DNA from: an uncultured Chloroflexia bacterium
Lineage (GTDB): Bacteria; Chloroflexota; Limnocylindria; Limnocylindrales; CSP1-4
Assembly: GCA_963828165.1 (NCBI GenBank)
Contig: CAWHDR010000001.1
Location: 384,001 to 448,000, forward strand
Reading direction: 5' to 3'
Length of the DNA: 64,000 nt
In this document: positions 8,867 through 19,443 of the stretch, piece by piece
Position numbering within the stretch: the stretch's first letter is position 1
Layout: each line of letters begins with the position of its first letter
Notes under the pieces: generated by a model
Database searches by the model: none
Told to the model about the DNA's origin: nothing
Seen by the model: the letters and a program-made list of their open reading frames with translations, nothing else
Translations under genes and position numbers: made by a program

Positions 8867-10173
8867 GCTCGGAGGCTCCGTCGTCCGCCATGAACAAGGT
8901 CGTCCTCGCCTACTCCGGCGGTCTCGATACCTCGGTCGCCGTCGCCTGGCTCAAGGAGCAGTACGGGGTCGAGGTCGTCACGCTGACCGTCGACCTCGGC
9001 GGTGGGTCATTGCGCCCCGGCGTCGAGGCACGGGCCATGTCGTCTGGGGCCTCGCGCGCCTACGTCGTCGACGGCCGCGAGCGCTTCGTGACCGACTTCG
9101 TCTGGCCCCACCTGCAGGCGAACGCGTTGTACCAGGGCGCGTACCCGCTGGCGACCGCGCTCGCCCGGCCGCTGATCGCACAGCTTCTCGTGGAGGTCGC
9201 CAAGCGCGAAGGCGCCGACGCGGTCGCCCATGGCTGCACGGGCAAGGGCAACGACCAGGTCCGTTTCGACGTCGCGACGCACGCGCTCGATCCGGGTCTC
9301 GAGGTCATCGCGCCGATGCGCGTCGGCATGGGGCTGACCCGCGACCAGGAGATCGACTACGCGAACGAGCGCGGCATCGAGATCCCGATCACCAAGGAAT
9401 CCCCGTACTCGATCGACGTCAACCTGTGGGGCCGCTCCTGCGAGACCGGCGTCCTGGAGGACCCGTGGGTCACCCCACCGCCGGATGCGTACGAGTGGAC
9501 CGTCGACCCATCACACGCGCCCGACGCCGTGGACGTCACGATCGAGTTCGAGGGCGGGGTGCCGGTCGCCCTCGATGGTGAACGCCTGGTGCCGGTGGCC
9601 CTCGTGGAGCAGCTGCACGACCTCGGCGGAAAGCACGGCGTCGGCCGCATCGATCACGTCGAGGACCGCCTCGTCGGCATCAAGAGCCGCGAGATCTACG
9701 AGACACCGGCCGCGACGATCCTCCATACCGCACACCACGCGCTCGAGGGGCTGACGCTGTCGCGCGACACGCTCCGCTTCAACCGGCTCGTGGCCGACGA
9801 GTTGTCACGCCTCATCTACGACGGCCTGTGGTTCAGTGCGCTGTCGCGCGACCTGCGTTCGTACGTGGCGTCGTCGCAGCGCGTGGTCTCGGGCGAGGTC
9901 CGGGTCCGGTTGGACCACGGGCAGGCGATCGTCGCGGGACGCCGTTCGCCGTTGTCGCTGTACGACAAGAGCCTCGCGACCTACGACGAGGGCGATGCCT
10001 TCGACCATGCCTCGGCCGTCGGGTTCATCGAGATCTTCGGGCTGCCGCTCCGGGTGGAGGCGGCGCGCCATGGCGCCGTCGGGGCGCGCCACGGGGCTGC
10101 CTGGAGCTGGACGGACCCGCTGCTCGACGGGCTGCCGACCTCGGTGACCGATCCGGAGCCGGCCGCCGTCTAG
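8863..10173 (+). CDS. argG: Argininosuccinate synthase (start may be ATG 8890)
   Basis: VLAYSGGLDTS, AHGCTGKGNDQVRF, YSIDVNLWGRS, GIKSREIYETP. Confidence 0.97.
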   Translation: MSSEAPSSAMNKVVLAYSGGLDTSVAVAWLKEQYGVEVVTLTVDLGGGSLRPGVEARAMSSGASRAYVVDGRERFVTDFVWPHLQANALYQGAYPLATALARPLIAQLLVEVAKREGADAVAHGCTGKGNDQVRFDVATHALDPGLEVIAPMRVGMGLTRDQEIDYANERGIEIPITKESPYSIDVNLWGRSCETGVLEDPWVTPPPDAYEWTVDPSHAPDAVDVTIEFEGGVPVALDGERLVPVALVEQLHDLGGKHGVGRIDHVEDRLVGIKSREIYETPAATILHTAHHALEGLTLSRDTLRFNRLVADELSRLIYDGLWFSALSRDLRSYVASSQRVVSGEVRVRLDHGQAIVAGRRSPLSLYDKSLATYDEGDAFDHASAVGFIEIFGLPLRVEAARHGAVGARHGAAWSWTDPLLDGLPTSVTDPEPAAV

Positions 10174-10193
10174 GCGAACGGCGCGGGCCACGA

Positions 10194-10370
10194 TCAGGCT
10201 GTGGCCGACTCCTGCGTTCCGCCGTCGAGAACGCGGAATCGCTGGAGAACCTCGATGGCCGCGAGGAGCTGACGGCAGAAGTCGTCCCGCTCCCCTTCTG
10301 ACAACCCCAGCCAGCGCACGGCGAAGTCGCGCTCGCCGGGTTCGAGTGCCGCCCAGTCGTCGTCTGTCAT
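10194..10370 (-). CDS. Small hypothetical protein (58 aa)
   Basis: MTDDDWAALEPGERDFAVRWL...; GAGGGG SD-like element upstream; GC3-rich codons. Confidence 0.5.
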   Translation of the reverse strand: MTDDDWAALEPGERDFAVRWLGLSEGERDDFCRQLLAAIEVLQRFRVLDGGTQESATA

Positions 10371-10549
10371 GCCAACCCCTCGACGCGTCTCCCGCGACCA
10401 CAGACTCCGGCGCGACGGGACGGTACTACGCATCATGCAATGCCCGTGCAAGCCCTTCGCAAGGTGCCCTCCGAGCCCATGGGCCGCGACCTTGTCGCCG
10501 CATCGGGTTACATAGGACCTGCCCCCGGATCACGCACTCGAGGAGAGTC

Positions 10550-10765
10550 ATGCTTGACCAGCAGACGCGCCAACAGCTCCAGACCAAGTTCCAGGAGATC
10601 AAGCCGCAGCTGAAGGGCCAGTTCAGCGGCCTGACTGACCAGGACCTCGACGTCGGTCGGTCCGATCCGGACACGCTGATCGAGACGATCAGCCGAAAGA
10701 CCGGGCAGAACCGCGAGGTCGTGGAGCAGACCGTGCGCAAGCTGGTGACGACGTCCACCTACTAG
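10550..10765 (+). CDS. CsbD/YjbJ-like general stress protein
   Basis: GAGGAG SD; QTKFQEIKPQLKGQFSGLTDQDLD...LIETISRKTGQNREVVEQ resembles the CsbD pattern GKLTDDDL...LVGKIQERYG. Confidence 0.7.
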   Translation: MLDQQTRQQLQTKFQEIKPQLKGQFSGLTDQDLDVGRSDPDTLIETISRKTGQNREVVEQTVRKLVTTSTY

Positions 10766-10778
10766 ACGCGTGACCACG

Positions 10779-10820
10779 CGACGGGTCGGTCCCGAAAGGG
10801 CCGACCCGTCGTCTTTGTGT
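10779..10820 (+). terminator. Rho-independent terminator
   Basis: Stem CGACGGGTCGGTCCC-GAAA-GGGCCGACCCGTCG followed by TCTTTGTGT. Confidence 0.85.
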
Positions 10821-10935
10821 TCGGTCTGCCGGCCGCAGCCTGCCGAAGGCGCTCACGCCGTCTGCGCGCGTCGTCCGGGCCAGGTGCCCAGAGCTCGCCG
10901 GTGGCGGCCCGGTCACCAGCGCTGCATGGCCTCAG

Positions 10936-12150
10936 CTAGCTCCCGTCGAGCCGCTCCAGCGCGGTGGCCGCCAGGACCCGCCCGATGGCCAGCGAGCTGG
11001 TCGCCGCCGGGGACGGAGCGTTCCGGACGTGCAGCACGCGTCCACGCCCACCCAGGCTGAAGTCGTCCACCATCGAGCCGTCCCGCGCGAGCGCCTGTGC
11101 CCGCACGCCTGACGGCCCGAACCGCAGCTGGTCGCCTCGAATCTCGGGAACATAGCGCTGGAGCTCGCGGACGAACGCGGGCTTCCAGAGGTCCCGCCAC
11201 ATCTCCCCGAGACCGGTGCGCAGGTACCGGCGCGCGAGGCGCTGGAACCCGCGGTAGCCGAGGGTGGACGCGAGGTCTCGCACCCGGACGTCCCGCCGCC
11301 GATAGCCCTCCCGCGCGAACGCGAGCACGGCATTCGGACCGGCCCATACCGCCCCGTCGATGCGCCGCGTGAAGTGGACGCCGAGGAACGGGAAGCGCGG
11401 GTCCGGCACGGGATAGATCAGCCCCCGAACCAGCCCGACCGCAGACGGATCGAGCGTGTAGTAGTCGCCCCGGAACGGCACGATCCGCGGATCGTCGTCA
11501 TCGCCGGTCATCCGCGCGAGCCGGTCGGCATGAAGCCCGGCACAGGCCACGACGAGTGACGCGACGCGATCCGCGCCATCCGGCCCGCGAACCACCACCT
11601 CGGCCCCCCGCGTGTCGATATCGGCGACGGCCCAGGACGTGACGATCTCGGCGCCTCGCGCCCTGATCTCCTCGGCCATCGCCAGCGCGACGCGCCGGAA
11701 ATCGATGATTCCGGTCCCCGGGCTCCAGAGCCCCTGGATGCCCGCGGCGTGCGGTTCGATCTCGAGGATGCGCTCACGGCCGACATCCTCGAGGCCAGGC
11801 ACGCCGTTCGCCACGGCCCGCTCGCGCAACGCGGCGAGTCGTGGCAACTCGCCGTCATCGAGCGCGACCACGAGCTTGCCGCAGCGATCGAACGGGATGC
11901 CGTGGGCCTCGGCGAAGGCTTCGACATCGGCCTTGCCCTCGCGGCAGAGTCGTGCCTTGAGCGAACCGGGCGCGTAGTACAGGCCGGCGTGGAGGACGCC
12001 GCTGTTGTGACCGGTCTGGTGGGTCGCGAGCTCAGCTTCCTTTTCGACCACCGTCACGCGCAGGTCCGGCCGAGCCTCCAGCAGCCGGTACGCGGTCGCG
12101 AGGCCGACGATCCCTCCACCGATGACGATGACGCTGGTGCGGTCGGTCAT
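10936..12150 (-). CDS. lhgO: L-2-hydroxyglutarate oxidase
   Basis: IGGGIVGLATA, HQTGHNSGVLHAGLYYAPGSLKA, LIYPVPDPRFPFLGVH, NAPSPAATSSLAIG. Confidence 0.92.
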   Translation of the reverse strand: MTDRTSVIVIGGGIVGLATAYRLLEARPDLRVTVVEKEAELATHQTGHNSGVLHAGLYYAPGSLKARLCREGKADVEAFAEAHGIPFDRCGKLVVALDDGELPRLAALRERAVANGVPGLEDVGRERILEIEPHAAGIQGLWSPGTGIIDFRRVALAMAEEIRARGAEIVTSWAVADIDTRGAEVVVRGPDGADRVASLVVACAGLHADRLARMTGDDDDPRIVPFRGDYYTLDPSAVGLVRGLIYPVPDPRFPFLGVHFTRRIDGAVWAGPNAVLAFAREGYRRRDVRVRDLASTLGYRGFQRLARRYLRTGLGEMWRDLWKPAFVRELQRYVPEIRGDQLRFGPSGVRAQALARDGSMVDDFSLGGRGRVLHVRNAPSPAATSSLAIGRVLAATALERLDGS

Positions 12151-12245
12151 GCTGCGGACGATACCGGGTACGCGGATGCGGAGCGGTCAGCGGGGCGCGG
12201 TTTCGAAGCCCGCTGCCGCGCGCCGGCTACCGGTCCGGCGAAACC

Positions 12246-13352
12246 TCATCGGGCCCCGACCACGCGGGTCTCCTCGGAGCGCAGGTGGGCATAGCCAGGC
12301 TTGACGACCTCGTTGATGAGCCGCAAGCGCTCGTCGAAGGGCGCAAACGCGGACTTCAGGGCGTTGATCGTCAGCCACTCCATCTCGCCGAGGCCGATGC
12401 CGAACGCCGCGTCGAGGGCCGCGAACTCGCTGCTCATGGAGACGCCGCTCATGAGCCGGTTGTCGGTGTTGACGGTGACCCGGAACCGAAGTCGACGGAG
12501 GAGATCGATCGGATGGTCGGCGACGGAGGCCGCGGCGCCCGTATGCACGTTCGAGGTCGGGCACATCTCGAGCGGTACCCGCCGGTCGCGGACGAACGTG
12601 GCGAGCCGACCCAGCTCGACGGAGCCGTCGTCGCGGACCGTGATGTCGTCGACGATCCGGACGCCGTGCCCGAGCCGCTCGGCGCCCGCGAACTGGAGCG
12701 CCTCCCAGATCGACGGCAGCCCGAACAATTTACCGGCATGGATGGTGATGTGGAAGTTCTCGCGGCGGATGTACTCGAAGGCATCGAGGTAGCGGGTCGG
12801 CGGATAGCCCTTCTCCGGCCCCGCGACGTCGAACCCGACGACGCCCGCGTCGCGCCAGCGGACCGCGCATTCCGCGACCTCGACGGAGCGGGCGGCCTGG
12901 CGCATGGCCGTCACGAGCATCTTCATGACGATCGGATGGCCGGCCGAGGCGGCCCGCTCGGCCCCGACCTTGAACCCCTCGAGGTTCGCGGCGACGACCT
13001 CGTCGAGCGTCATGCCCCGTTCCGTCGAGAGCTCCGGGGCGTAGCGCACCTCAGCGTAGGCCACGCCGTCCGCGGCGAGATCCTCGGCGCACTCCGCGGC
13101 GACGCGGACGATGGCGTCGCGTTCCTGCATGACGCCGACGGTGTGGGCGAAGGTCTCGAGGTAGAGCTCGAGCGACTTGCGGTCGGCGCCGCGACGGATA
13201 TGCGCCGCGAGTTCGTCGGGGTCGGTCGTCGGCAAACCGGTGTAGCCGTATTCCGCGGCCAGGTCGACGATCGTGGCCGGTCGCAGGCCGCCGTCCAGAT
13301 GGTCGTGCAGGAGGGCCTTGGGTGCCGCCTGGATCGTCTCGGGTCGCAACAT
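12246..13352 (-). CDS. add: Adenosine deaminase (HAGE motif reads HAGK here, probably a base-call error)
   Basis: [51 protein letters not shown]. Confidence 0.92.
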   Translation of the reverse strand: MLRPETIQAAPKALLHDHLDGGLRPATIVDLAAEYGYTGLPTTDPDELAAHIRRGADRKSLELYLETFAHTVGVMQERDAIVRVAAECAEDLAADGVAYAEVRYAPELSTERGMTLDEVVAANLEGFKVGAERAASAGHPIVMKMLVTAMRQAARSVEVAECAVRWRDAGVVGFDVAGPEKGYPPTRYLDAFEYIRRENFHITIHAGKLFGLPSIWEALQFAGAERLGHGVRIVDDITVRDDGSVELGRLATFVRDRRVPLEMCPTSNVHTGAAASVADHPIDLLRRLRFRVTVNTDNRLMSGVSMSSEFAALDAAFGIGLGEMEWLTINALKSAFAPFDERLRLINEVVKPGYAHLRSEETRVVGAR

Positions 13353-13396
13353 CGTCGCCCGATGGTACAAGGCGCCGATGGCATGATGGCTCCGCG

Positions 13397-13681
13397 ATGA
13401 CAACCTCGGCGCACGGTTCCGGCGGTGGTTTCGACCTCATGCTCGAGCTCGACACGGACGCACTCCTGCCTGGCCGCCTGGTCGATGGACGCCTGCACGT
13501 CACGGCAAAGGAACCTGGCGAGTTCCGCGCTGCACGGGTTTCGCTCGTGGGTACGGAGACGTGGCGGTTCGACGAGACGACGACCGACGCGCACGGCAAC
13601 ACCCGGACCGAGACGCAGACGGCCGAGGAGGAACTACCCAAGGTGCCGGTCGCGGTGCTCGGAACGACAACCGAGATCTGA
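13397..13681 (+). pseudogene. Truncated Spo0M/arrestin-N-like beta-sandwich protein (94 aa)
   Basis: LLPGRLVDGRL...ARVSLVGTETWRF pattern; stops abruptly just before the argH 3' end. Confidence 0.45.
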
Positions 13682-13716
13682 CTCGGCGTCCTCGAGACGT
13701 CCCGCGGCCCGATGAC

Positions 13717-15141
13717 TCAGCCGGGCGCGGCATCCAGACGCGCGCGAGCGGCACGGAGGGCCGCGGCGACCCGCACGGGGGCCGTGCCACCGACGACGTC
13801 GGAGGTCGCCAGGGCGCTGTCCAGGGACGCGGCCGCGCGCAGGGTGTCGCCGATCCCCTCTTCCGCGGCGAGGGTCTTCGCGCCCTCGTCGCCGCTCGCC
13901 CCAAGCGCCAGGCCGATCATCGAGTCGGGCACGTCATGGAGTCCCACGCCCGCCTCCTCGGCCTGAACCACGAGCGAGCCCACCACGTGGTGCGCGACAC
14001 GGAACGGGATGCCGCGCCGGACCAGCGCGTCGGCGACGGCCGTCGCGGTCGTGTAGCCCTCGTCCGCGGCCGCGCGCATGCGGTCGCGATCCACGGTCAG
14101 GGTATCCAGCATCCCCGCGAGCACTCCCAGGCTCGCCTCGAACACGGCCACCGCATCGAACAGCGGCGCCTTGTCCTCCTGCAGGTCGCGCTGATAGCCG
14201 AGCGGCAGGCCCTTGAGCAGCGCCAGCATCCCGGTAAGCGACCCGATGACACGCGCCGCCCGGCCGCGGACGAGCTCGGCCGGGTCCGGGTTCTTCTTGT
14301 TCGGCATGATCGACGAGCCGGTGGAGAACGCGTCGCTCGCGCGGACGAACCCGAACCGTGGGTTGGACCACCACGTGATCTCCTCGGCCAGGCGACTCAG
14401 ATGGACCATCCCGAGCGCGATGGCCGCGACCGTCTCGACGACGAAATCGCGATCGCCGACGGCGTCGAGCGAATTGGCCGTGACCCCATCGAACCCGAGT
14501 TCGGCCGCGGTGGCCTCGCGATCGAGCGGGTAGCCCGCGCCCGCCAGCGCACCGGACCCGAGCGGCGAGACGTTGGCCCGCCGGCGAGCGTCCGCGAGGC
14601 GACCGCGATCGCGCTCCGCCATCTCCACGTACGCGAGCAGGTGGTGGGCGAACAGCACGGGCTGTGCGGGCTGGATGTGGGTCGTCCCGGGCAGCACGGC
14701 CGTGCCCTCGCGTTCGGCCAGGCCGACGAGCGCCCGCTCGAAATCGAGCAGCGCCGCGTCCAGTCGGTCGATCGCGCGCCGGAGCCAGAGCCGCAGGTCG
14801 GTCGCGACCTGGTCGTTTCGTGAGCGGCCGGTGTGCAGCTTGCCCGCAACGGCGCCGATGCGGTCGGCCAGGGCCGACTCGAGGTTGAGGTGGACGTCCT
14901 CGAGCGCCGGGTCCCAGTCGATGGCTCCGGCCGCCACCGCCTCGGCGAGCCCGTTCAGGCCGCCGACCAGCTCGTCGAGCTCGTCATCGGTGAGCAGGCC
15001 CGCGCGCGCCAGCCCGCGGACATGTGCGATCGAGCCCGTGATGTCGTCGGCGGCCAGCTCGCGATCGAGCTCGATCGAGCGCGTGAAGTCGGCGACCCGC
15101 TCGTCGTTCTCCTCGCTGAACCGCCCGCCCCACAGTCGCAT
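13717..15141 (-). CDS. argH: Argininosuccinate lyase
   Basis: LWGGRF, KLHTGRSRNDQVATD, PGTTHIQPAQP, STGSSIMPNKKNPD. Confidence 0.97.
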   Translation of the reverse strand: MRLWGGRFSEENDERVADFTRSIELDRELAADDITGSIAHVRGLARAGLLTDDELDELVGGLNGLAEAVAAGAIDWDPALEDVHLNLESALADRIGAVAGKLHTGRSRNDQVATDLRLWLRRAIDRLDAALLDFERALVGLAEREGTAVLPGTTHIQPAQPVLFAHHLLAYVEMAERDRGRLADARRRANVSPLGSGALAGAGYPLDREATAAELGFDGVTANSLDAVGDRDFVVETVAAIALGMVHLSRLAEEITWWSNPRFGFVRASDAFSTGSSIMPNKKNPDPAELVRGRAARVIGSLTGMLALLKGLPLGYQRDLQEDKAPLFDAVAVFEASLGVLAGMLDTLTVDRDRMRAAADEGYTTATAVADALVRRGIPFRVAHHVVGSLVVQAEEAGVGLHDVPDSMIGLALGASGDEGAKTLAAEEGIGDTLRAAASLDSALATSDVVGGTAPVRVAAALRAARARLDAAPG

Positions 15142-15190
15142 GCCGCCTCCGTTCGTGTGCGGGCCATGCTAGCGGGTCGCCCGTGTACCC

Positions 15191-16453
15191 TTGCTCGCTG
15201 TGTCGACCCTCGACGAGCGCGACGCCCGCCGGGCTCGGGTCGCCGTCAGTGCCCTGTTCCTGGTCAACGGCGCGCTCATGGCCAACGTCCTGCCTCGCCT
15301 GCCGGCGATCAAGGCCCAGCTCGAGCTGACGAACGCGGCCCTCGGCACGGCGGTCGCGGCGATGCCCGTCGGTGGATTGATCGCGGGTGCGGCCGCCGGC
15401 ATGCTGATCGTGCGCTACTCGAGCCGGCGGGTGACGGTCGCCACGGGCGTCGCCTACGGCCTGCTGCTCGGGTCGATCGGCCTGGCTCCCGGCTGGCTCG
15501 CGCTGGCCGCGGCGTTTCTCGTCCTGGGGATGCTCGATGCCGTGATGGATTCGGCGACGAACGCGCACGGCATCGCGGTCCAGCGGAGCTACGGCCGCTC
15601 GATCATGCACGGCTTCCACGGATGGTGGAGCGCCGGCACCCTGCTGGGAGCGGGCATGGGAGCGATGGCGGCCGCACTCGAGATCCCGCTGCTCGTCCAT
15701 CTCGTCGTCGTCGGGATCGTCCTGGCCGGCGTATCGGTCGCGGCGATGCCATTCCTGCTGCGCAGTCGAGGCGTGGACGCTGCGGAGGCCGGCTTCCCGC
15801 GCCTGTCCGAGGCTGGCGATCCGGCGTCCGGGTCGGCCCTGCGCGCGGTGCGCCTGCTCGGTCTCCTCGCGCCGTTTGCGTTGATCGGGGTCCTCGGGGT
15901 GATGCTCGAGGATGCGGCCCAGACCTGGAGCACCATCTACCTGACCGACGTACTTGGCGCGGGCGTCGGGGTGGCGGCGCTGGCCGTCGTCCTCTACACC
16001 GCGGGCATGACCGTCGGGCGCCTGACCAATGACCGCTGGGTCGATCGATGGGGCGACACCACCGTGGCGCGAAGCGGCGCGGTCGTGGCAACCGCCGGAC
16101 TCGTCCTCGTGGTCGCGGCGGGTTCGTGGGCGGCAGTGCCCGTGGCGGCTGCCGGGTTCGCTCTGGTCGGGCTCGGGACCGCACCGCTCTTCCCGGTCAT
16201 GATCTCGGCCGCGGGCTCGGTGCCCGGCGTGCCATCCGGACAGGGCGTCGCGGTCGTCGCCTGGCTGGCCCGCGCTGGCTTCGTCATCGCGCCGACGCTG
16301 GTCGGCGTCGTGGCCGACGGCGTCGGCCTGAGTGCCGCGCTCGTCATCCCGCTCGTCGCCGGCATCGCGGTCGCCGTGCTCATGGGCTCCCTCCTGCGCG
16401 CGAGCGGGCGCCGCCGGCTGCCCGACGCCCGCGAGATCATCGTTGATGCTTGA
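15191..16453 (+). CDS. MFS transporter (start may be GTG 15200)
   Basis: About 12 hydrophobic segments; RSIMHGFHGWWSAG; GRLTNDRWVDRWG. Confidence 0.85.
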   Translation: MLAVSTLDERDARRARVAVSALFLVNGALMANVLPRLPAIKAQLELTNAALGTAVAAMPVGGLIAGAAAGMLIVRYSSRRVTVATGVAYGLLLGSIGLAPGWLALAAAFLVLGMLDAVMDSATNAHGIAVQRSYGRSIMHGFHGWWSAGTLLGAGMGAMAAALEIPLLVHLVVVGIVLAGVSVAAMPFLLRSRGVDAAEAGFPRLSEAGDPASGSALRAVRLLGLLAPFALIGVLGVMLEDAAQTWSTIYLTDVLGAGVGVAALAVVLYTAGMTVGRLTNDRWVDRWGDTTVARSGAVVATAGLVLVVAAGSWAAVPVAAAGFALVGLGTAPLFPVMISAAGSVPGVPSGQGVAVVAWLARAGFVIAPTLVGVVADGVGLSAALVIPLVAGIAVAVLMGSLLRASGRRRLPDAREIIVDA

Positions 16454-16477
16454 CTCGATCGACCCCTTGGAGGACGC

Positions 16478-18154
16478 GTGACCGTTGACGATGCGGCCCG
16501 GCCGTGGTGGCGCGACGCCGTCGTGTACCAGCTCTACATCCGCAGCTTCGCCGACGCTGACGGTGACGGGATCGGCGACATCGCGGGCATCCGCTCGCGA
16601 TTGCCGTACCTGCGTGACCTTGGCGTGGATGCCATCTGGATCAACCCGTGGTTTCCCTCCCCGATGGCCGACGGCGGCTACGACGTGGCCGACTATCGCG
16701 ACATCGATCCGTTGTTCGGGACCCTCGCCGATGCCGACGCCCTGATCGCCGAGGCGCACGGGCTTGGCCTCCGGGTCCTGCTCGACATCGTGCCGAACCA
16801 CACATCGGACCGGCATGCATGGTTCGTCAGCGCCGTCGCGGCCGGCCCCGGCAGCCCCGAGCGTCTGCGCTACCTCTTTCGCGAGGGGCGTGGGCAGGGC
16901 GGGAACGAGCCGCCGACGGACTGGGAGAGCGTCTTCGGTGGACCGGCCTGGACTCGAGTGGTGGAACCGGACGGGCAGCCCGGACAGTGGTACCTCCACC
17001 TGTTCGCGCCGGAGCAACCCGACCTCGACTGGAACCACCCGGAGGTACGCGCCGAGTTCGAGGCAATCCTGCGGTTCTGGTACGAGCGTGGCGCGGACGG
17101 CTTCCGCATCGACGTCGCGCACGGGCTGGTGAAGGATCCCGCGTTCCCGGACCTCGGGCCGCGCCTGCGGGCGCCGCGGGCCGGCGACCCGCGACCGCAC
17201 CCGCACTGGGACCAGGACGGCGTCCACGACATCTACCGGCGCTGGCGAGCGGTTGCCGATTCCTACGGCCAGCGGCCATTCGTGGCCGAGGTGTTCGTCT
17301 CGCACCCGGAACGACTGGCCCGGTTCGTCCGGCCGGACGAGCTGCACACCGCGTTCGATTTCCGGTTCCTCAAGGCGGGTTGGGAGCCGAAGCGGCTGCG
17401 CGAGGCGATCGCCGACGGGTTGCGCGCGCTCGAGCCCGTCGGGGCGCCGGCGACCTGGGTCCTGTCCAACCACGACCAGACCCGGCACGTCACCCGGCTG
17501 GGTCGGGCGGCGGCGACGGCACCGGAAGCGGTGCTGCCGCTCGGGCCTGCGGGCACGACGCTGCCCGTGACGGGGTCGAGCGATCTTGCCCTCGGCCGCC
17601 GGCGGGCCCGGGCGGCCGTGCTGCTGATGCTGGCGCTGCCTGGATCTGCCTACCTCTACCAGGGCGAGGAGCTCGGGCTCGAGGAGGTCCTCGATCTGCC
17701 CGACGAGCTCCTCCAGGACCCGGCCTGGCTGCGCTCCGGGCATACGATCCGGGGTCGTGACGGCTGTCGCGTTCCGCTGCCCTGGACCGACGGCGCGTCC
17801 CCGTTCGGATTCGGGCCGCCGGGGTCCGAGCCGTGGCTGCCCCAGCCGGCGGGCTGGGGCGAGCTCAGCGTCGCCGCGCAGACGGGGGACCCAGCGTCCA
17901 TGTTGGAGCTGTACCGGTCCGCCCTCCGGCTGCGGCGCGAGCATCCGGGCTTCCGGAGCGATGGCATGACCTGGCTGGACGCCCCCGAGGGGGTGCTCCG
18001 GTTCCGGCGTGGCGACGGCCTCGAGGTGGTCGTCAACGTGACCGCGGACGACGTGCGCCTGGACCGGAGCGGCCGCCGGGTGCTGCTCGCGAGCGTGCCG
18101 CTGGACGACGGCGGCGATGTCCTACCCGGCGACGCCGCCGCCTGGCTGGGCTGA
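16478..18154 (+). CDS. GH13 alpha-glucosidase
   Basis: WWRDAVVYQLYIRSFAD, DGGYDVADY, DIVPNH, GFRIDVAH, NHD, YQGEELG, GRDGCRVP. Confidence 0.93.
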   Translation: MTVDDAARPWWRDAVVYQLYIRSFADADGDGIGDIAGIRSRLPYLRDLGVDAIWINPWFPSPMADGGYDVADYRDIDPLFGTLADADALIAEAHGLGLRVLLDIVPNHTSDRHAWFVSAVAAGPGSPERLRYLFREGRGQGGNEPPTDWESVFGGPAWTRVVEPDGQPGQWYLHLFAPEQPDLDWNHPEVRAEFEAILRFWYERGADGFRIDVAHGLVKDPAFPDLGPRLRAPRAGDPRPHPHWDQDGVHDIYRRWRAVADSYGQRPFVAEVFVSHPERLARFVRPDELHTAFDFRFLKAGWEPKRLREAIADGLRALEPVGAPATWVLSNHDQTRHVTRLGRAAATAPEAVLPLGPAGTTLPVTGSSDLALGRRRARAAVLLMLALPGSAYLYQGEELGLEEVLDLPDELLQDPAWLRSGHTIRGRDGCRVPLPWTDGASPFGFGPPGSEPWLPQPAGWGELSVAAQTGDPASMLELYRSALRLRREHPGFRSDGMTWLDAPEGVLRFRRGDGLEVVVNVTADDVRLDRSGRRVLLASVPLDDGGDVLPGDAAAWLG

Positions 18155-19348
18155 CAGCGGATCGGCTGCCCGCGGCGCCCCTCTCCCCTTCGGGACCACG
18201 AACCAGCCGAGGGTCGCCGCCGCCAGGGCCATGAATGCGCCCAGGCCGAACACGGCGACGTGTCCGAGCGAGTCGTACAGGATTCCGCCCACGATGTTCG
18301 CGACGATGGCGGCGACCCCGAAGGCACTCGTTTGGAAGAGCGACTGCCCGGTCGCCTGGAGGTCGGCCGGCAGGAGGGCCGCGATCGTCAGGACGACGGC
18401 GACGATGACGCCGCCGAACCCGATCCCGCTGAGCGCGCGGGTCGCGATGATCGCGACGGGAACATCGAGGACGGCCCAGGCCGCCAGCGCCGCCGCGTAG
18501 ATGAGGGCGCTGCCGACGAACATGCCGCGCAGACCGATGATCCGCGCCACCGCCGCGGCCACGAGCATGGTCGGGATCTCGGCCGCCGCGGAGAGACCCG
18601 ATGAGAGCGCGACGTCGGACGGCGAGCCACCGATGGCCGCGAGTCGCAGGGGCAGGAATGTGAACCCGACGATCACCCCGACGAAAAGCATCGCTGCCGC
18701 GGTCAGCACGAGGGCAAGCCGGGGTGCCACCCGCAGCGCGACGCCCGCCGACCCTGACCACGAGGCCCGGGCGGCGTCGCTCGCGGATGCGCCGGCGTGC
18801 CGCGCGTGCGCGGCGAGATCGGCGCGCTGGACGTCGGGCACGCGTGTGGCGATCACGGCCATGGACACGGCTGCCACGCCGAACAGCACGAACGCGGCGG
18901 CGTAGCCCGTCACGTTGTAGATGAAGCCCGCAACGATCGTGGCGACCGCGAAGGACAGGCTGGTGAGCAGCCGAACGCGGCCGTAGTCGCGGCCACGCAG
19001 GGCATTGACCGTCACGGCGTCGGCAAGGGGCTGCCACGACGACTCGAAGACCCAGAAGACCGCGAACAGGATCGCGATCACGAGCGCTGGCCACGGCAGC
19101 AGCAGCGCGACGATCGCAAGCCCCGCCCCGACCGCACAGACCTGCAACGTCCGCGGACGCCCGAGCCTGACGTCGGCGAGATGGCCCCATGCCGGCACGG
19201 CGATGGTGAAGCCGACCGCGCCGATCGACGCGATCGCACCGATCTCGCCCGCGCTGAACCCGAATCCCTGGAGGATCACGGCGATGAACGGGTAGAAGAC
19301 TCCGAGCGCGACCCCGAGCGCGAGGACGAGGAGGCGGACGGCGATCAC
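18122..19348 (-). CDS. MFS transporter (MFS_1-like)
   Basis: WGHLAD, DYGRVRL, AAEIPTM, QATGQSL; about 12 TM segments. Confidence 0.85.
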   Translation of the reverse strand: MIAVRLLVLALGVALGVFYPFIAVILQGFGFSAGEIGAIASIGAVGFTIAVPAWGHLADVRLGRPRTLQVCAVGAGLAIVALLLPWPALVIAILFAVFWVFESSWQPLADAVTVNALRGRDYGRVRLLTSLSFAVATIVAGFIYNVTGYAAAFVLFGVAAVSMAVIATRVPDVQRADLAAHARHAGASASDAARASWSGSAGVALRVAPRLALVLTAAAMLFVGVIVGFTFLPLRLAAIGGSPSDVALSSGLSAAAEIPTMLVAAAVARIIGLRGMFVGSALIYAAALAAWAVLDVPVAIIATRALSGIGFGGVIVAVVLTIAALLPADLQATGQSLFQTSAFGVAAIVANIVGGILYDSLGHVAVFGLGAFMALAAATLGWFVVPKGRGAPRAADPLSAQPGGGVAG

Positions 19349-19366
19349 GGCGCGGATGGTAGCGCC

Positions 19367-19390
19367 GTTGGCATACGGGGGTAGGCCAAC
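19367..19390. promoter_or_regulatory. Palindromic operator, copy 1
   Basis: GTTGGCATAC-GGGG-GTAGGCCAAC in the divergent MFS/ABC spacer; near-identical copy at 21225. Confidence 0.6.
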
Positions 19391-19443
19391 GTCCGCGCGA
19401 CGCCCCAGCGACGGCCTCAGCCGATTCGCCGCAGACTGCGGAG

